Source: Octopus sinensis (taxonomy: Eukaryota). Taken from it: DNA of 64,000 bases. The position numbers and the translations under genes were made by a program. This document shows positions 1 through 13,600 of the stretch, one piece after another. Below the pieces are notes generated by a model. It searched no databases. It worked only from the letters and a program-made list of their open reading frames with translations, and was not told the DNA's origin. Every line of letters starts with the position of its first letter. The first letter of the stretch is position 1. The stretch covers positions 99,758,001 to 99,822,000 of the forward strand of contig NC_043006.1 in assembly GCF_006345805.1 (NCBI RefSeq). Direction: 5' to 3'.

Positions 1-897
1 ATCGAGTATACATAGGAAGCATAATATGGGAATGACATCTTTAAATGTAATTCTATCGATATATTTAGCTTAATGAAAATTTTTGATGAGAGCATATGGA
101 AGGCAGTAAGATTGTTAACGAAATTTTATATAAAATTATGAATGTTTTTAAAAAATATATATAAATACATTTTTATATAAAAATATATAAAATGTATAAA
201 ATATATATATGAAAATATAGAAATACATTTGCTTATCTGTATACCAAAGTACATCTACATTTAACTAATTCTTTATGCCTACGATAACGCAGATGCATAC
301 GGAAATACTTGTACATGCGCACAATCACAGAGATAACGCATATGTGTGTGTAAATGTGTGCATTTGCTTCTATGAAGCTATGTTTATGTATGCACATATA
401 TATATATATATATATATTGAATACTGAATTTTTGTTCCGAGTGTGCAAGTTGTTACCGAAATGCATTGCGAATAAGCCCACCATTTTCATAAATATGTAA
501 AGATAAACATTCGTGCATGCTGCGACGAATTCTACGGTTGGCTGTCGGGTTTGTAATGTTGTGTTTTTTCTTATATGTCTTGAGTTCGTTGCACTGAAGA
601 GCATAGAATGCATATTCTGCATAGATTGCGAAATCACAGGTGATATGTAACTAAATTCTGTTTTTAAATGACTTGCTTTGAAGTTTTGCATTCGGTACAA
701 TTTGTTTATTTTAGTGGTTTTGACTGCTAAAATGTCCCTCCTAGCATGCGGTACCTATGAATAATAGTACCCTCTATATAATATAAATAAATATTTTCAA
801 AGTGGAAAAATTCTCTTACGAGGTTTCTCACGCTAACTACTAATAATTTCTTATAAAGATTTTATCCTTAATTTAAATATATATATATACACATAGT

Positions 898-975
898 AAG
901 CGGAAACTGAACGAAACCCGTCGGTGCTCTGTCGGGGCCGCAGTCAAATGACTGAAACAAGTAAAGTATAAAAGA
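898..975 (+). mobile_element. Internally deleted fragment of SINE family A (body motif fused to 3' tail)
   Basis: cggaaactgaacgaaacccgtcg is joined directly to ggtgctc...ggccgcagtcaaatgactgaaacaagtaaa. Both motifs occur in the full copy at 1587-2000, where they are about 190 bp apart. Confidence 0.7.
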
Positions 976-1180
976 ATATATATGTGCGAGTGTGAGTTTA
1001 TGAAATTTTTTAATTTTGTATACATCCAGATATAATATATTTAGATGTATACATATATCATATATATCATATGTATATATACATACCATCTTATATAACT
1101 TACATTGGTTTCAGCCATTATCAGCCCAGGCCATAACTAACTCTATAGTATCATATTCATGCCTATAAACATTTTTATAT

Positions 1181-1226
<46 letters not shown>

Positions 1227-1586
1227 GCATTTAATGTGGTTTTAGAGTCAGATCTTGGCTGCTATTTTCAGCATAGCAGTATCTCTTAGATACCCTAAAT
1301 TAGGATTTTAATAATAATTATTACCTTTGAAGTTTTTTTATTTCCATTCTGGCCACTTGATGAGATCGGTATTTAATTTAAATTAGCGATTTTGTCCTTA
1401 TATATATATATATATTATACCTATATTATGCCTGTGCACACATATGCACATATGTATCTATATGTGTGTGTATGTTATAGATATTTCAATATATAGAGAG
1501 AGTTCAGGATAAAAGTATAAACAAGGCAAAATAATTGTGACAAACGAAACCAGGTGAAGCTGATTTGGAATATCTTCATGATTATT

Positions 1587-2000
1587 GGAGTGGCTGCGTG
1601 GTAAGTAGCTTGCTAACCAACCACGTGGTTCCGGGTTCAGTCCCACTGCGTGGCATCTTGGGTAAGTGTTTTCTGCTATAGCCCCGGGCAGACCAATGCC
1701 ATGTGAGTGGATTTGGTAGACGGAAACTGAAAGAAGCCTGTCGTATATATGAATATATATATATATATATGTATGTGTGTGTATGTGTTTGTGTGTCTGT
1801 GTTTGTACCCGCTAGCATTGCTTGACAACCGATGCTGGTGTGTTTACGTCCCCGTCACTTAGCGGTTCGGCAAAAGAGACCGATAGAATAAGTACAGGGC
1901 TTACAAAGAGTAAGTCCCGGGGTCGATTTGCTCGACTAAAGGCGGTGCTCCAGCATGGCCGCAGTCAAATGACTGAAACAAGTAAAATAGTAAAAGAGTA
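1587..2000 (+). mobile_element. SINE family A (tRNA-derived head, CORE-like segment, internal TA/TG microsatellite), near full length
   Basis: A-box-like gtggctgcgtggtaag, B-box-like gggttcagtccc, CORE-like gcgtggcatcttgggtaagtg, and tail cagtcaaatgactgaaacaagtaaaa. Homologous copies lie at 58036, 60945 and 51721. Confidence 0.85.
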
Positions 2001-2229
2001 TAATGACTACCTGTCGTTGTAGCAGTGAATGCACCATCTCTTCTCTCTCTTCTCAGTTTTTATCTTTATTACCATTGATTAGCTTTCTCTTTTTTTTTTA
2101 AATCATCTTGTTTTAAGATATTGTATGTTATATTTTCCTCGGGCTTTTTCTGTCTTCCATTTGTATTTTGATATTATACATAACTACACACCCATGCGCA
2201 CGTGCTCACACACACCACACACATTCTTA

Positions 2230-2313
2230 TATATCTCTCTTCATATATATGCATATGCATATATACATACATACATATATACATATAAATATATATATAT
2301 TATATTATTTAAG

Positions 2314-2392
<79 letters not shown>

Positions 2393-2539
2393 ATATATAT
2401 GGTACGTCAATAGATATATTCATATATATGTGTGTTTGATATATTATATATATATGTACGTCAATAGATATTTCATATATATGTGTGTTTGACATATATT
2501 TATATACATATGTATATATATATGCATACATATATACAC

Positions 2540-2570
<31 letters not shown>

Positions 2571-2760
2571 CATATATATATATATGTATATATATATATA
2601 TGTATATATATATTTGTATATATATACGTGTATATATATATATATGTATTTATGTACCTACGTATGAATATATGTATATCAAACACATATATGCATATAC
2701 GTATATACATATATGTGTGTGTGTGTGTACCTATATATATATATATGTGTGTGTGTGATT
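2230..2760. repeat. Compound (TA)n/(TG)n/(TATG)n microsatellite
   Basis: Directly visible dinucleotide runs; source of the IYIY ORFs. Confidence 0.9.
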
Positions 2761-3132
2761 ACGTATATTTGCTTATTTCAACTTCTTTCTTTTGATTTGA
2801 ATGCTGCAATTCGTTTGGCAACATACCATTTTTCTGTAAGGATATCAGAATCGCAGTTTATCAACAATTTCATGCCTAAATGGAAATGAATGACAAACAT
2901 ATTGTGTTTAAAAAATAACAATAACAAAACCGAAATAAATTCCAACTACAGTTTAAAGAAGATGGATGGAGGAAATAATACGTGAACGTAAAAATTGAAA
3001 TGAAAAAGAAACTATGATATATAAAATGAATTGCCTGGAAATACATGAAAAACTACAAAATACATATATACACGTAGATAAATACACATATACAAACACA
3101 GCCACATAAATACATACATAGACTCACCCACG

Positions 3133-3173
<41 letters not shown>

Positions 3174-3559
3174 ACACACACATAAAGAAGAAATCTTTAT
3201 CTTTTCCTAGTCATTTTCAGCCATATTTCATTAAATGCGTCCAGCCTCAGTACACAACTCACAGTCCTGATAATACGGTTGAGAAGTTGAAAAATAAAGA
3301 GATTGTTACAAACAGACAGTAATGTTATTGTTATTTATATAATTGTGTTGAAAAAAGCGATTGACTTCTCAGTCGTTGTAATTTCACTTCAATATTCACG
3401 TCAGCCACACTTTTATGACAGGCAAAGTCTTCGTAATTTCATTGTCCATTTGATTCAAAATCTTAAGATAGTGTTATATAACAAAATATCTACACTGTTT
3501 CTTGACTTGCTAAAAACAGGGACCAAAGCTCACTAAAGATATTACTATACTAACATATC

Positions 3560-3900
3560 TAAAGGAATGAGACATTCGATAAACATTCTGCATAATGTTT
3601 CAAGAGAAAAGTACGAACGAATGAAAACTGTTTGTGCAGCCTTCCCTAAACTGCCGTTTGGCTATGGATGTAGATCATGTCGAAATAATTTAGAATTTAG
3701 CTTTTCAATGACGACATCTCCATATAGATTGTAGTGTACTTTTTCTGGGACTTGTCTTTTATCTTCGCAAACCCTGTACTTCGAAAAGCAATCTAGAGAT
3801 ATTACTCAAATGCCTGCCATATTGATTGTAACTGAAACTGTAAACGCACAGTATCATACTGGTCTCTTTTTTATTTGGACTTGCATGGAATATACAACTA
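3560..3900 (-). pseudogene. Possible highly degraded Mutator-like (MULE) transposase fragment
   Basis: My minus-strand translation EKLNSKLFRHDLHP*PNGSLGKAAQTVFIRSYFSLETLCRMF loosely resembles the MULE PxxFMSD...A...VF...LCxWH block. It contains stops and the match is weak. Confidence 0.2.
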
Positions 3901-4879
3901 ATTACGTATTCAGTAAATTAAGCACTCATTTGACATGATCTATCAACTAAATACTCATCGACGAATCCAACAACATGAGGTATTCACATTATGGTTTTAT
4001 CAATATAGCGCCAAACTCACGTTTAACTCATACATTGCCGTCTTACATACATCGATATAAAGGAGGATCGAAGATTAAATATAGTGCTTTATACACAAAC
4101 TTTTTACCTTTATTGTTAACTTGCTTACAAAACGAGTCTGTGTAACCAGGCTTGTCCACTGATTTCGGAAAGAAATAGATACAATTTTAAGGTAGTTATC
4201 ACTGAAGCCTATTTCATTATATATAAATTCACTTACGTATGCTGGAGATCAGAAGGTCGATTAATATTATCACTTCCTATAGCCAGCCCCAAGTGTGATT
4301 ACTATACGTGGTAGGTACAGCTGTGTGTATACTGTTTAACGTTTTTTTTTCTTACATCTAAAATATAAAGTAGGCATGAGTAAAATGATGTTTGATTATA
4401 ATTCTACTCGAACGAAATTCTTAGCAAAAATGGTAATGACAACGAGATAACGAAATGCTTAGTAAAGAGGATCAACAATGAAAGAATGCTGAGAAAAGTA
4501 GGAAATGGTGTTAGTAGAGAGAGGGAGAATGAGGGAATGAGAGCAATTAGAGCTTGGAGAAAATTAGGAGGGAAGTACAGTTAGAAGTATGGGAAATCGA
4601 ATTAATGAATTTAGGTAAGTCTAAAGATACAGAGCGAAAAAGTGGGTTAATATTATTAAAATAATCTTAGTTAATATTAGTATTAACTAATGTTGTTGAC
4701 CCTGAATAATGATATTAGTTAATGTTATTAGAATAATCTCCATACGACGCTAGGCGCATATAGTTAGGCAACTATACACGATACGAGAATAAAGCAATTT
4801 ACAATACATACACAAATTTTGACGTACAAGCAATATACAAGTATATAGCTTTCTTTCTCCTTCTTTCCCTCTCAATATA

Positions 4880-5165
4880 TATATACTTGCGTCTCACGTT
4901 TGATCTTTAATTTCTGGCCGAAATCAGATCGCCATGTTGATTCGCTAGCCTCTGCACGCATTTTTTCTCTCCTTCTTTCTGTGTTTCTTCTCTGTGTATC
5001 TTTCTGTTGAAGAGCGTAGGTTCGAAACGTTAAAGACTTGTTTTATTTATATTTCCTGAGCGCCATACTAATACAATTGTTTGTTTGTATTCCACCTGCC
5101 TTCGTCTTTTGTTTATTTCCGTAAACCTGCCTTCGTCTTTTGTCTCTTTTTCATAAAGCTTCCCG

Positions 5166-5167
<2 letters not shown>
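4880..5167 (+). mobile_element. Short non-autonomous Penelope-pLTR-like repeat ending at a (TA)n array
   Basis: Contains a degenerate hammerhead (4999-5036) and an internal duplication of acctgccttcgtcttttgt, and ends at cttcccgt|tatata. Confidence 0.45.
4999..5036 (+). ncRNA. Degenerate minimal type I hammerhead ribozyme motif
   Basis: tcttt-CTGTTGA-A-gag-cgtagg-ttc-GAAA-cg-TT-aaaga: stem I tcttt/aaaga, core with A6>U, palindromic CG stem III. Confidence 0.5.
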
Positions 5168-5203
<36 letters not shown>

Positions 5204-5442
5204 ACATATATATGTTAGATGTGTGTGTATATATATACATATATTATATATATATATATAAATATGTATATACATATATTTATATATGTATATGTATATA
5301 TATATTTATAATATATATTACATAGGTATGTATAGATATTGTAGGTATTCGTAAATACGTACATATGTACACCCAACATAGACCACACACACACGTCTAC
5401 ATGTGTGTATATATATATGCCATGGTCTGTGTGGTGTGTATG

Positions 5443-5478
<36 letters not shown>

Positions 5479-5971
5479 ATATATATATATGTATATGTAT
5501 ATGTTAGTGAGACGCATAAGCTCCACGTACATCCCACGTATTCACAGTATACAATCATCTGTTATATACGGACATATATTACACGCTATACGCACATATG
5601 CGTTTACAGTCAGATAATTATAGGAGGCAGAGAAGGAGAGAGGAAGTTAGAAAAAGTATGAGCTGTAGTGTAGATATTTGTTAATCATAGATTTTATACG
5701 AACAGTTATCTCCTTCATTCTCTCGTAACCAGTGTTCAAGGGCATATGTTTCACCAAATAGACAGCACAATCAACTTACACCTCTTCTGGCGCAAATACA
5801 CTAGATAACTAAGTCAGCCGCTGTGATATCTATTGTTTCCTGTGGTACGGCATTTCTAAATTAAAACACTGGTGGTTGAAACTAAAAGCTGCATAGCTTT
5901 TCATTGTGAAAGAACTCATTGTAAAACCAACGCCATTTAAGGGAAACACAAAACTTGAAAAACTGTACGAT

Positions 5972-5987
5972 GATAATAATAATGATG

Positions 5988-6030
<43 letters not shown>

Positions 6031-6234
6031 TAACAATAACAATAATAATAATAATAATAATAATAGCAATAATAATAATAATAACAATAAAAATAATAAT
6101 AATAATAACAATAACAATAATAATAGTAATAATAATAATAACAATAATAATAATAACAACAACAACAACAATAATGATGATGCTATTAATAATAATAATA
6201 ATATTAATAATAATAATAATAATAATAACATATA

Positions 6235-6285
<51 letters not shown>

Positions 6286-6312
6286 GGACAACAACAACAA
6301 TAATAATAATAA
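5972..6312. repeat. (AAT)n/(AAC)n microsatellite
   Basis: Directly visible. Confidence 0.95.
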
Positions 6313-6583
6313 ATCACTGATTATTTTCTCTGCGCTAATTTTCCAAACATTAGCTTTCTATAAAGACCAGTAAACAATATACTTCTATTCAGTCGCTAAG
6401 CATGGCAACCATGTCTGAAGGTCAGAGAAGTTGTGACATTAATCTCACCTCTTATCGTAAACAAAGCCGTAGTGGAGGGAGAAACTGTCGCATTCACTTT
6501 GTTTACCTATACTGCCAAATTAATAATGATAACGTTATCAATAATACCACAACGGTTTACATCGAACTACTCCAATCGCGCAT

Positions 6584-6609
6584 AGTAGTAGGGGTGGTGG
6601 TACTAGTAA

Positions 6610-6659
<50 letters not shown>

Positions 6660-6736
6660 AGAAGAGATGATGACGACGACGATGATGATGATGAAGATGA
6701 TGATGAAGATGATGATGAGATTGATGATGGCGAGAT

Positions 6737-6782
<46 letters not shown>

Positions 6783-7550
6783 AGTGATGATGATGATGAT
6801 GATGATTATGACGATGATGATGATGATGATGATGATGAGAGGGGGACGAACAGGACGACGACGACGACGAGGACGATGGTGATAATGATATTCATGTTGA
6901 TGATGGTGGAGGTGGTGGTGATGGTGGTTTTTGTGGTGGATGTGGGGATGAATAATGATGATGCTGCTGATGATAAAGAAGTGGAAAATAATAATAATAA
7001 TAATAATCCTGACAGCAACAATCTTCACACATACATTATCATTAATGTTGCTGCAGCAGCACCATTATAATCATCATCAGCAGCACTAACAGCAGCAGCA
7101 ACAGCAGCACTAACAGCAGCAGCAACAGCAGCATCGGCCATAGCGGTGTCGTTCCCATTATCTTCGTCATTATTATACATACCATGCAATAATTCAATTA
7201 GCTTTTTCCAAATAATATTAATTTATATCAAATAATAAATATTATATCACTCATGATTACAACATCAACAACGGCAAAGTTTGCCACTGCTACTGCTATG
7301 ATTAATAGTAAATACGAGAATGGGGAATGGGGAAAAAAGCGAAGAAGGAGAAGATGATGATGTTGATGGTGATGATGATGATGATGATGATGATGACGAT
7401 GGCGATGATGCTGACGAACAAGAAGAAGAAAAGGAAGAAGAAAAAGAAGAAGAAAAGAAGAAGAAGAAGAAGAAGAAGAAGAAGAAGAAGAAGAAGAAGA
7501 AGAAGAAGAAGAAGAAGAAGAAGAAGAAGAAGAAGAAGAAGAAGAAGAAC
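6584..7550. repeat. Mosaic trinucleotide microsatellites (GTA)n, (GAT)n, (GCA)n, (GAA)n
   Basis: Directly visible; source of the poly-V/D/K/F ORFs. Confidence 0.9.
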
Positions 7551-8439
7551 AGAAGAAGGAGGAGGAAGAGAAGGGGAGATGAAGAGAAGGAGAGATGAAG
7601 AGAAGGCGGTCTCAAGAAGTTGTCCTCTTTAATGGTATTTGCTGTCCCTTAAATGTGTTCTTCAGCGTTTCGATTCTGAAACTATTTGCCTCAGAAAGGT
7701 AGTTGGAAATTCGTAACACGCTGATTTCAACTGTTATACCTAACGCATGCTTACGTCGTTAGGTAATAGTCGTAGGGAAACGTTTTTCAGAAGTGTGGCC
7801 GCTAGAGTGTACACAGAAATGACTCTCGGATAACGCACAGTACTTATCAACAAATGCATTATCCCCTAAAAGAATTACCTACGTGTACGTATATATAAGT
7901 TTATAAGCGTATCGCGAGTCACTTCTAGACAGCTTTGTTGAAGTACAGAGATTAATGAACGCGTTCTCTGCAATGCCAGAGTTTCATTTTGCCATGCAAT
8001 CAAATTAAACATAAATTATGATGCAATGACAAACAGGAACACAGTATCTCTTAATTCACGAAGTATTTACATAATCTCTTTCCTTTTATTTATTTTATTT
8101 GGTTATTTGAACAATCGTGAATTTCATTCCAGAGTGAGCGCCGTCGATCAATTTCTACTAACACCAGTATCCCAGCTTTCGATCATGTCTGGGACACAAA
8201 TCATCCACTAGTATCTGTTGTTTATTACTGCTCTCCAGACACTACGTATTAATTCAACTTTTGCCTGAAATCAAACCTCCCCGTTTGTGTAGATTCCTTT
8301 GTTTTAGACTCTCAGCGTTTACTTTGTCTTTGCAAAAATGACATTAATTTATGCTTAGTTCTCATGTGTTTTGCAATAATGTCTTATTCCGATATCGCTT
8401 CCGATATCCAAATGCGTTCAAACATCATTAGATCTTGGA

Positions 8440-8800
8440 GCGTTTGTCATTCCAATATAGATGATAGTTACTTTGCGTTACCTCTGGCTGAAATCATCAA
8501 TGTTTATAACTATCCCTCTTTTGTCATTAACTCATTACGTCGATCGCGCGTGCGCAGATCAACATTCAATGCGAGCCTACAGGTGCGACTGTTGGCCCCT
8601 TCACGCTTGTTTACCTTACCTTGGACGTGAATCACCATTTTAGTACTTCCATGTTGAAGATTTAATAACTTTTCAATAGTTTTCGATTTCAATATCTCAA
8701 CTGAAAGGCTACTCATCCCTTTTACATCATCCTCACACAATTCAGTAACTCTGTAAAAATGTGGTTTATTTCCTGCCATCGGCGTATTCCAGTTAATTGA
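8440..8800 (-). pseudogene. Possible ancient degraded LINE RT fragment
   Basis: Minus-strand remnants RRWQEINHIFTELLN, GMSSLSVEILK and MVIHVQGKVNKREGANSRTCRL loosely follow the LINE order RWxEHFxxLLN / PGxDGxxxExLK / IxxKGKxDxxxxxNYRxIxL. Heavily disrupted. Confidence 0.25.
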
Positions 8801-9317
8801 GTGCTAGGACTACGTGGTAACATACTTTATACAAAATTCCCGAGCACAATCCTTCTTAAATACATCATTGCAGCTGAGACACAAAGCTAGATGCGGAACG
8901 ATGTGTAGCTCAAAACGCACCCACAAACAATACAAGTGCCTTTTTACTTGTTGCCACCGATATTGCTCAGGATATTCCCATGGGAGAGTCAGTCTCAGAG
9001 CCAACTACCATGGAGTTAATCTCGGTGGCTGATTGGTTTCCGAGGCAATGAAATCTGTACCTCCCTTAATAAACTGAAAGGTATGTGTTCCAGTTTTATG
9101 ACATGTACCATGAAATAAAGTAGGATGGTCGATCGGTAGTAATCGAGCGAGGTGACGTCTCTATATTTGCAATATTTTCCAGATCATTCAGTGGACATTT
9201 CTGAGTGCCGAGGGGCAACCTGATCCTGACATTTTCCCAGTTGTCATTCGCCAGAAAACTCAGAATATAAACCGCCAGAAGAAATACTGCTAAGAATCCT
9301 CCCAGTTCGAAGTCTTT

Positions 9318-9392
<75 letters not shown>

Positions 9393-9511
9393 CAGTAGTA
9401 GCAGCAGGTGCAGAAGCAGCACATGCATCCATATATACACATAATCACATGAATAGATAGATAGATAGATAAATTGATTGATAGTTAGATTGATTGATAG
9501 ATAGATTGATT

Positions 9512-9546
<35 letters not shown>
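9318..9546. repeat. (TAG)n run followed by a (GATA)n array
   Basis: Directly visible; the (GATA)n abuts the 3' end of Tx1 copy T1. Confidence 0.95.
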
Positions 9547-9547
<1 letters not shown>

Positions 9548-10036
9548 TGTCTTTATTAGCCACACAGGCTGCACACAGATAGAACAAATACAAGGTAGAG
9601 TTTTCTTTTAAAGGTTTAAAAAAAAAAAGAAAAAAAAAAAAAAAAAAAAAAAAAAAAGGAAGGGGAGTTTCGAACAAAAGGGATCGTAAAAGGAGAGAAA
9701 GAGGACAAAAAAAAGGGGGGGGTTAAAAAAAAAAAATATAAAAGGGGGGGGGAGAGAGGAAAAAAAAATTGATCAATAGGGATCGTTATCACAGAAATGT
9801 CAATATGAAGTGTAAAGGGGAGGACAGGTGAGGTTTACCCGTGGAAAGAAAAGCCTACGGAAAAGACCACGGTAACCTCGGTCAATGAAGTCACATTTTA
9901 TATTTCTTTTTTTTTTTTTTTTTTTTTTGCAAATAAGCAACACTCTCTGTTTTCGATTTCTGGTTCATAGGACTATGCTCAAGGTGGCTTCGTCATTCAT
10001 ACGTGCCATTCTTGCTACATTCACCCATCTTTTTTT
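9547..10036 (-). mobile_element. Tx1-clade LINE copy T1, 5'-truncated (end of ORF2 + 3' UTR)
   Basis: Homologous to the 3' end of T8, including the coding tail KKRWVNVARMARMNDEATLSIVL; (GATA)n on both sides. Confidence 0.9.
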
Positions 10037-10046
10037 AGATAGATTT

Positions 10047-10108
<62 letters not shown>

Positions 10109-10158
10109 TGATAGATATATAGATAGATAGATAAATAGATAGATAGATTGATAGATTA

Positions 10159-10196
<38 letters not shown>

Positions 10197-10216
10197 CGAT
10201 AGATAGATAGATAGAT

Positions 10217-10577
10217 ATGTTTCTTTATTAGCCACACAGGGCTGCACACAGATAGAACAAATTACAAGGTAGAGCTTTTCTTTTGAAGGTATTAAAAAAA
10301 AATAAAAAAAAATAATAAAAAAAAGGAAGGGAGAGGTTCGATCAAAAGGGATCGTAAAAGGTGAGAAAGAGGACAAAAATAAGGGGGGTTAAAAAAAAAA
10401 AAAAAAAGGGGGGGGGGAAATTTGATCAATAGGGATCGTTATCACAGAAATGTCAATATGAAGAGTGTAAAGGGGAGGACAGGTGAGGTTTACCCGTGGA
10501 AAGAAAAGCCTGCGGAAAAGACCACGGTAACCTCGGTCAATGAAGTCACATTTTAATTTCTTTTTTTTTTTTTTTTT
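10217..10577 (-). mobile_element. Tx1-clade LINE copy T2, 3' UTR only (~360 bp)
   Basis: Same 3' terminus (ggctaataaagaaacat|atct), truncated at the internal A-tract; (GATA)n on both sides. Confidence 0.9.
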
Positions 10578-10633
10578 AGATAGATAGATAGATAGACAGA
10601 TAGATAGTTAAATAGATTGATAGATAGATATAT

Positions 10634-10683
<50 letters not shown>

Positions 10684-10698
10684 GATAGATAGATAGAT

Positions 10699-13600
10699 AT
10701 GTTTCTTTATTAGCCACACAGGGCTGCACACAGATAGAACAATTACAAGGTAGAGCTTTTCTTTTGAAGGTTTAAAAAAATAAAAAATAAAAAAATAAAA
10801 AAAAATAAAAAATAAGAAAAAAAATAAAATAAAATAAATAAATAAAATTAAAAAAAAGGGGGGGTCGATCAAAAGGGATCGTAAAAGGAGAGAAAGAGGA
10901 CAAAAAAAAAGGGGGGGGTTAAAAAAAAAGGGGGAGAGGAAAAAAATTGATCAATAGGGATCGTTATCACAGAAATGTCAATATGAAGTGTAAAGGGGGG
11001 GACAGGTGAGGTTTACTCGTGGAAAGAAAAGCCTACGGAAAAGACCACGGTAACCTCGGTCAATGAAGTCACATGTTATATTTCATTTTTTTTTTTTTTT
11101 TTTTTTGCAAATAGCAACTCTCTGTATTAATTTTTACGGTTCATAGAATCATAGTCAAGGTGGCTTCGTCATTCATACGTGCCATCCTTGCTACATTCAC
11201 CCATCTTTTTTTAAAACATTCACTAGACAAAACTTGCCTCTCTACTCTCACTTTTTTCTTCAAGTGATACTTGAAGAAGTGATGAGAGATTGACCAGAGA
11301 GGAAAGTGTTTGTCTCTAATCCTTTCAGACGCGTCCACCAGATACATTCTTTCGCCATACCACAGCAGTATGATAAAAATAGCTCTTCCTTCCCGTTTGA
11401 AGGAAGGAGGCGTGACGATATTAACGATAGACTCGGCTGATAAACCGACACGTCCCACACGTGACAGCAGTCGTTCGACATAAGCCCACAGGTGGGAAAT
11501 TGCTGGACACTGCACGATTGCGTGCAGAGCGGTTTCGTCGCTCTGCCCGCATCTCGGGCAGGTCGGCCCCGTGTTTCTCGAGCCATGCCTATAGAGCTTA
11601 TCCCGAACGGGTAGCGCTTCTCGGTAGCACCGCCAGGCCAGGGATCTCTGGAAGTTGTCCATAGGTCCCGGGCCGAAAGTCGTTTGAAACAGGCGGGTCA
11701 GGTATTCCTCGCCGACGCCCAGGTTTGCCCCGAGCTCGTCGTCGTACCTCCCCTCCACTAATCCCCTATAGAATGCTTTGGTTGTGTTGAAGTCACTCAA
11801 GGTCGACTGGGACGGCAGAGTTGCTTGAGAGCAACGCGACACTCGCGGTGCCATTCGCCCTTCTTCGGCCTCTTTTTGATCCACGACTGTAGTTCGGTCA
11901 TGGAGACGAGTTGCGGGAATGGTGCCCCACAAACGGCGACCACACCTGTTCACCGTCGTCTACATAGAGCCGGAGATGTCGCAGTCTCAGCGCGTGTCTG
12001 CGCATCATCAACCACGGCATGCCCAGCCCTCCTTTTAACGGGTGTTGACAGCAAATGGATCGCCTGACCATCGGGACGCATCCTTTCCACAAGAAGCGGA
12101 AGATGATGCGTTCTAGTTTGGTGATGGTAGGGTCGGGACAAGGTACGACGGTCAGGCGGTAGTAGATGATGGACGCGATGTACGCGTTCACCACCTCCGC
12201 CCGACCTTTTAGGGACAGTTTCCTCTCGGCCCATTGCTGGGCGAGAGTGACCACCCTACTCGTTATCTCGTTCCAGTTCTTCTCCATTTGGAGGTCCGGA
12301 CCGAACCAGACCCCGAGCAACTCAACCGGGCCGTCTGTCCAGCGTCCCACGACGGAGGTACTGGTGGACGGCATGGGTTTGCTTCTCCAGGTGCCGAGCC
12401 GCAAGCCCACTGACTTTTCCCGGTTGATTTTTGCTCCTGTCACCGCTTCGTAGTCTTTCAGTGTCTCGCCGACCCGCTCGATGTGCTCGTGGCTTGACAC
12501 TATGACGGTGACGTCGTCCGCGTATGCAGAACGCTCGTCCCGCATCCTAATTCTCGCGGGATGCCCCTCAGAGTCGCCAGCTTCCGCAGTAGTGGCTCAA
12601 GAGTCAATACGTTAGAAGCGCCGAGAGGGGGCATCCCTGACGGACCGAACGTGCAATGTCGAAGGGTCTCGATAGATGTCCATTTATGCGAATTACCGAA
12701 CGGATGCCTCTGTACAAGGCAGCTATCCAGCCGCGGAAGACGGGACCGAAACCAGCCGCTCTCAGGACTGCCTCCAAGTATCGATGGTCCTACCCTATCA
12801 AAGGCTTTCGATTGATCCAAGTTGATCAGGGCCCCACCCATGCCAGGTTCGTTAACTACCCTGTCTATGATGTAGCGCATCAGATGGAGGTTGTCATGGA
12901 TGCTCCGGCCCGGCACGGCGCACGTTTGTGCGTTGTCGACCAGTTTCTCCATGACAAGCGCCAACCTCTTGGCTAACACCTTTGTCAAAATTTTCAGGTC
13001 TGCATTGAGCAGAGTGATTGGCCTAAAGTTATCTATAATGTTTCCCTTGTTTGGATCTTTCTTCAGCAGAGTTACAGCTCCTCGACTCACAAAACCGGGT
13101 ATGCTCCCGTTTTGCTGCCAGTTGCAGTATACCGCTGCCAAGACGTCTCCAAACAAGTCTGGCATACAATAGTAAAATTCGTAGGGTAGACCATCCAAAC
13201 CGGTGATTTGTCCCTCGAGCATTCTGCCATCGCTTCCCGCACTTCCGCCGCCGTGATGGCACCTTCGCGCAGCACCCTGCCTTTCTTGTCGAGAGTCGTG
13301 GCAGGCTATGTAGGTAGGCACTGAAGTCTACCCTACGTTCTTGCCCTCCACTCGTCCCGAACAGTCGGGCAAAATGCTGCTGAAAGGCCTCACACATTTT
13401 ACTTGGCTCGAGCAATTCGCGCCCCTGTTCATCTACCAGTGACCGAATGGTGGCTTTGTTGCCCTGTTGCGCCTCTGCCACCCGGGCCTCTCTCGCGGCT
13501 CCAACACCTTCGTTCCTTAGAGCACGCATCCTAGCTCTGACAGCACATCCTTCGTGTTTGGCGTTGAAGTGTTGGTCGAGGGCCAACCTCGCCGCCAAAA

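Noticed and set aside
233-700. 155-aa minus-strand ORF
   Set aside because: Non-ATG start, runs through a (TA)n tract, and has no recognisable domain.
5830-7632. Long ORFs of poly-L/N/I/D/K/F
   Set aside because: Translations of trinucleotide microsatellites with no domain content; the same applies to IYIY/YLSI/HTHT ORFs throughout the window.
7660-7706. Possible hammerhead relic on the minus strand (GAAACG)
   Set aside because: Core too degenerate and stem II does not pair.
8364-9032. Class A GPCR-like reading on the plus strand
   Set aside because: Several stops, putative helices are not hydrophobic enough, and no NPxxY-like motif; likely chance.
9065-9125. LFHGT (PARP-like) motif on the minus strand
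   Set aside because: Isolated 5-mer between stop codons with no downstream catalytic motifs.
9547-11100. CRISPR-like or satellite reading of the repeated ~350-490-bp units
   Set aside because: The units are LINE 3' ends separated by microsatellite; no short repeat-spacer architecture or cas genes, and the context is eukaryotic.
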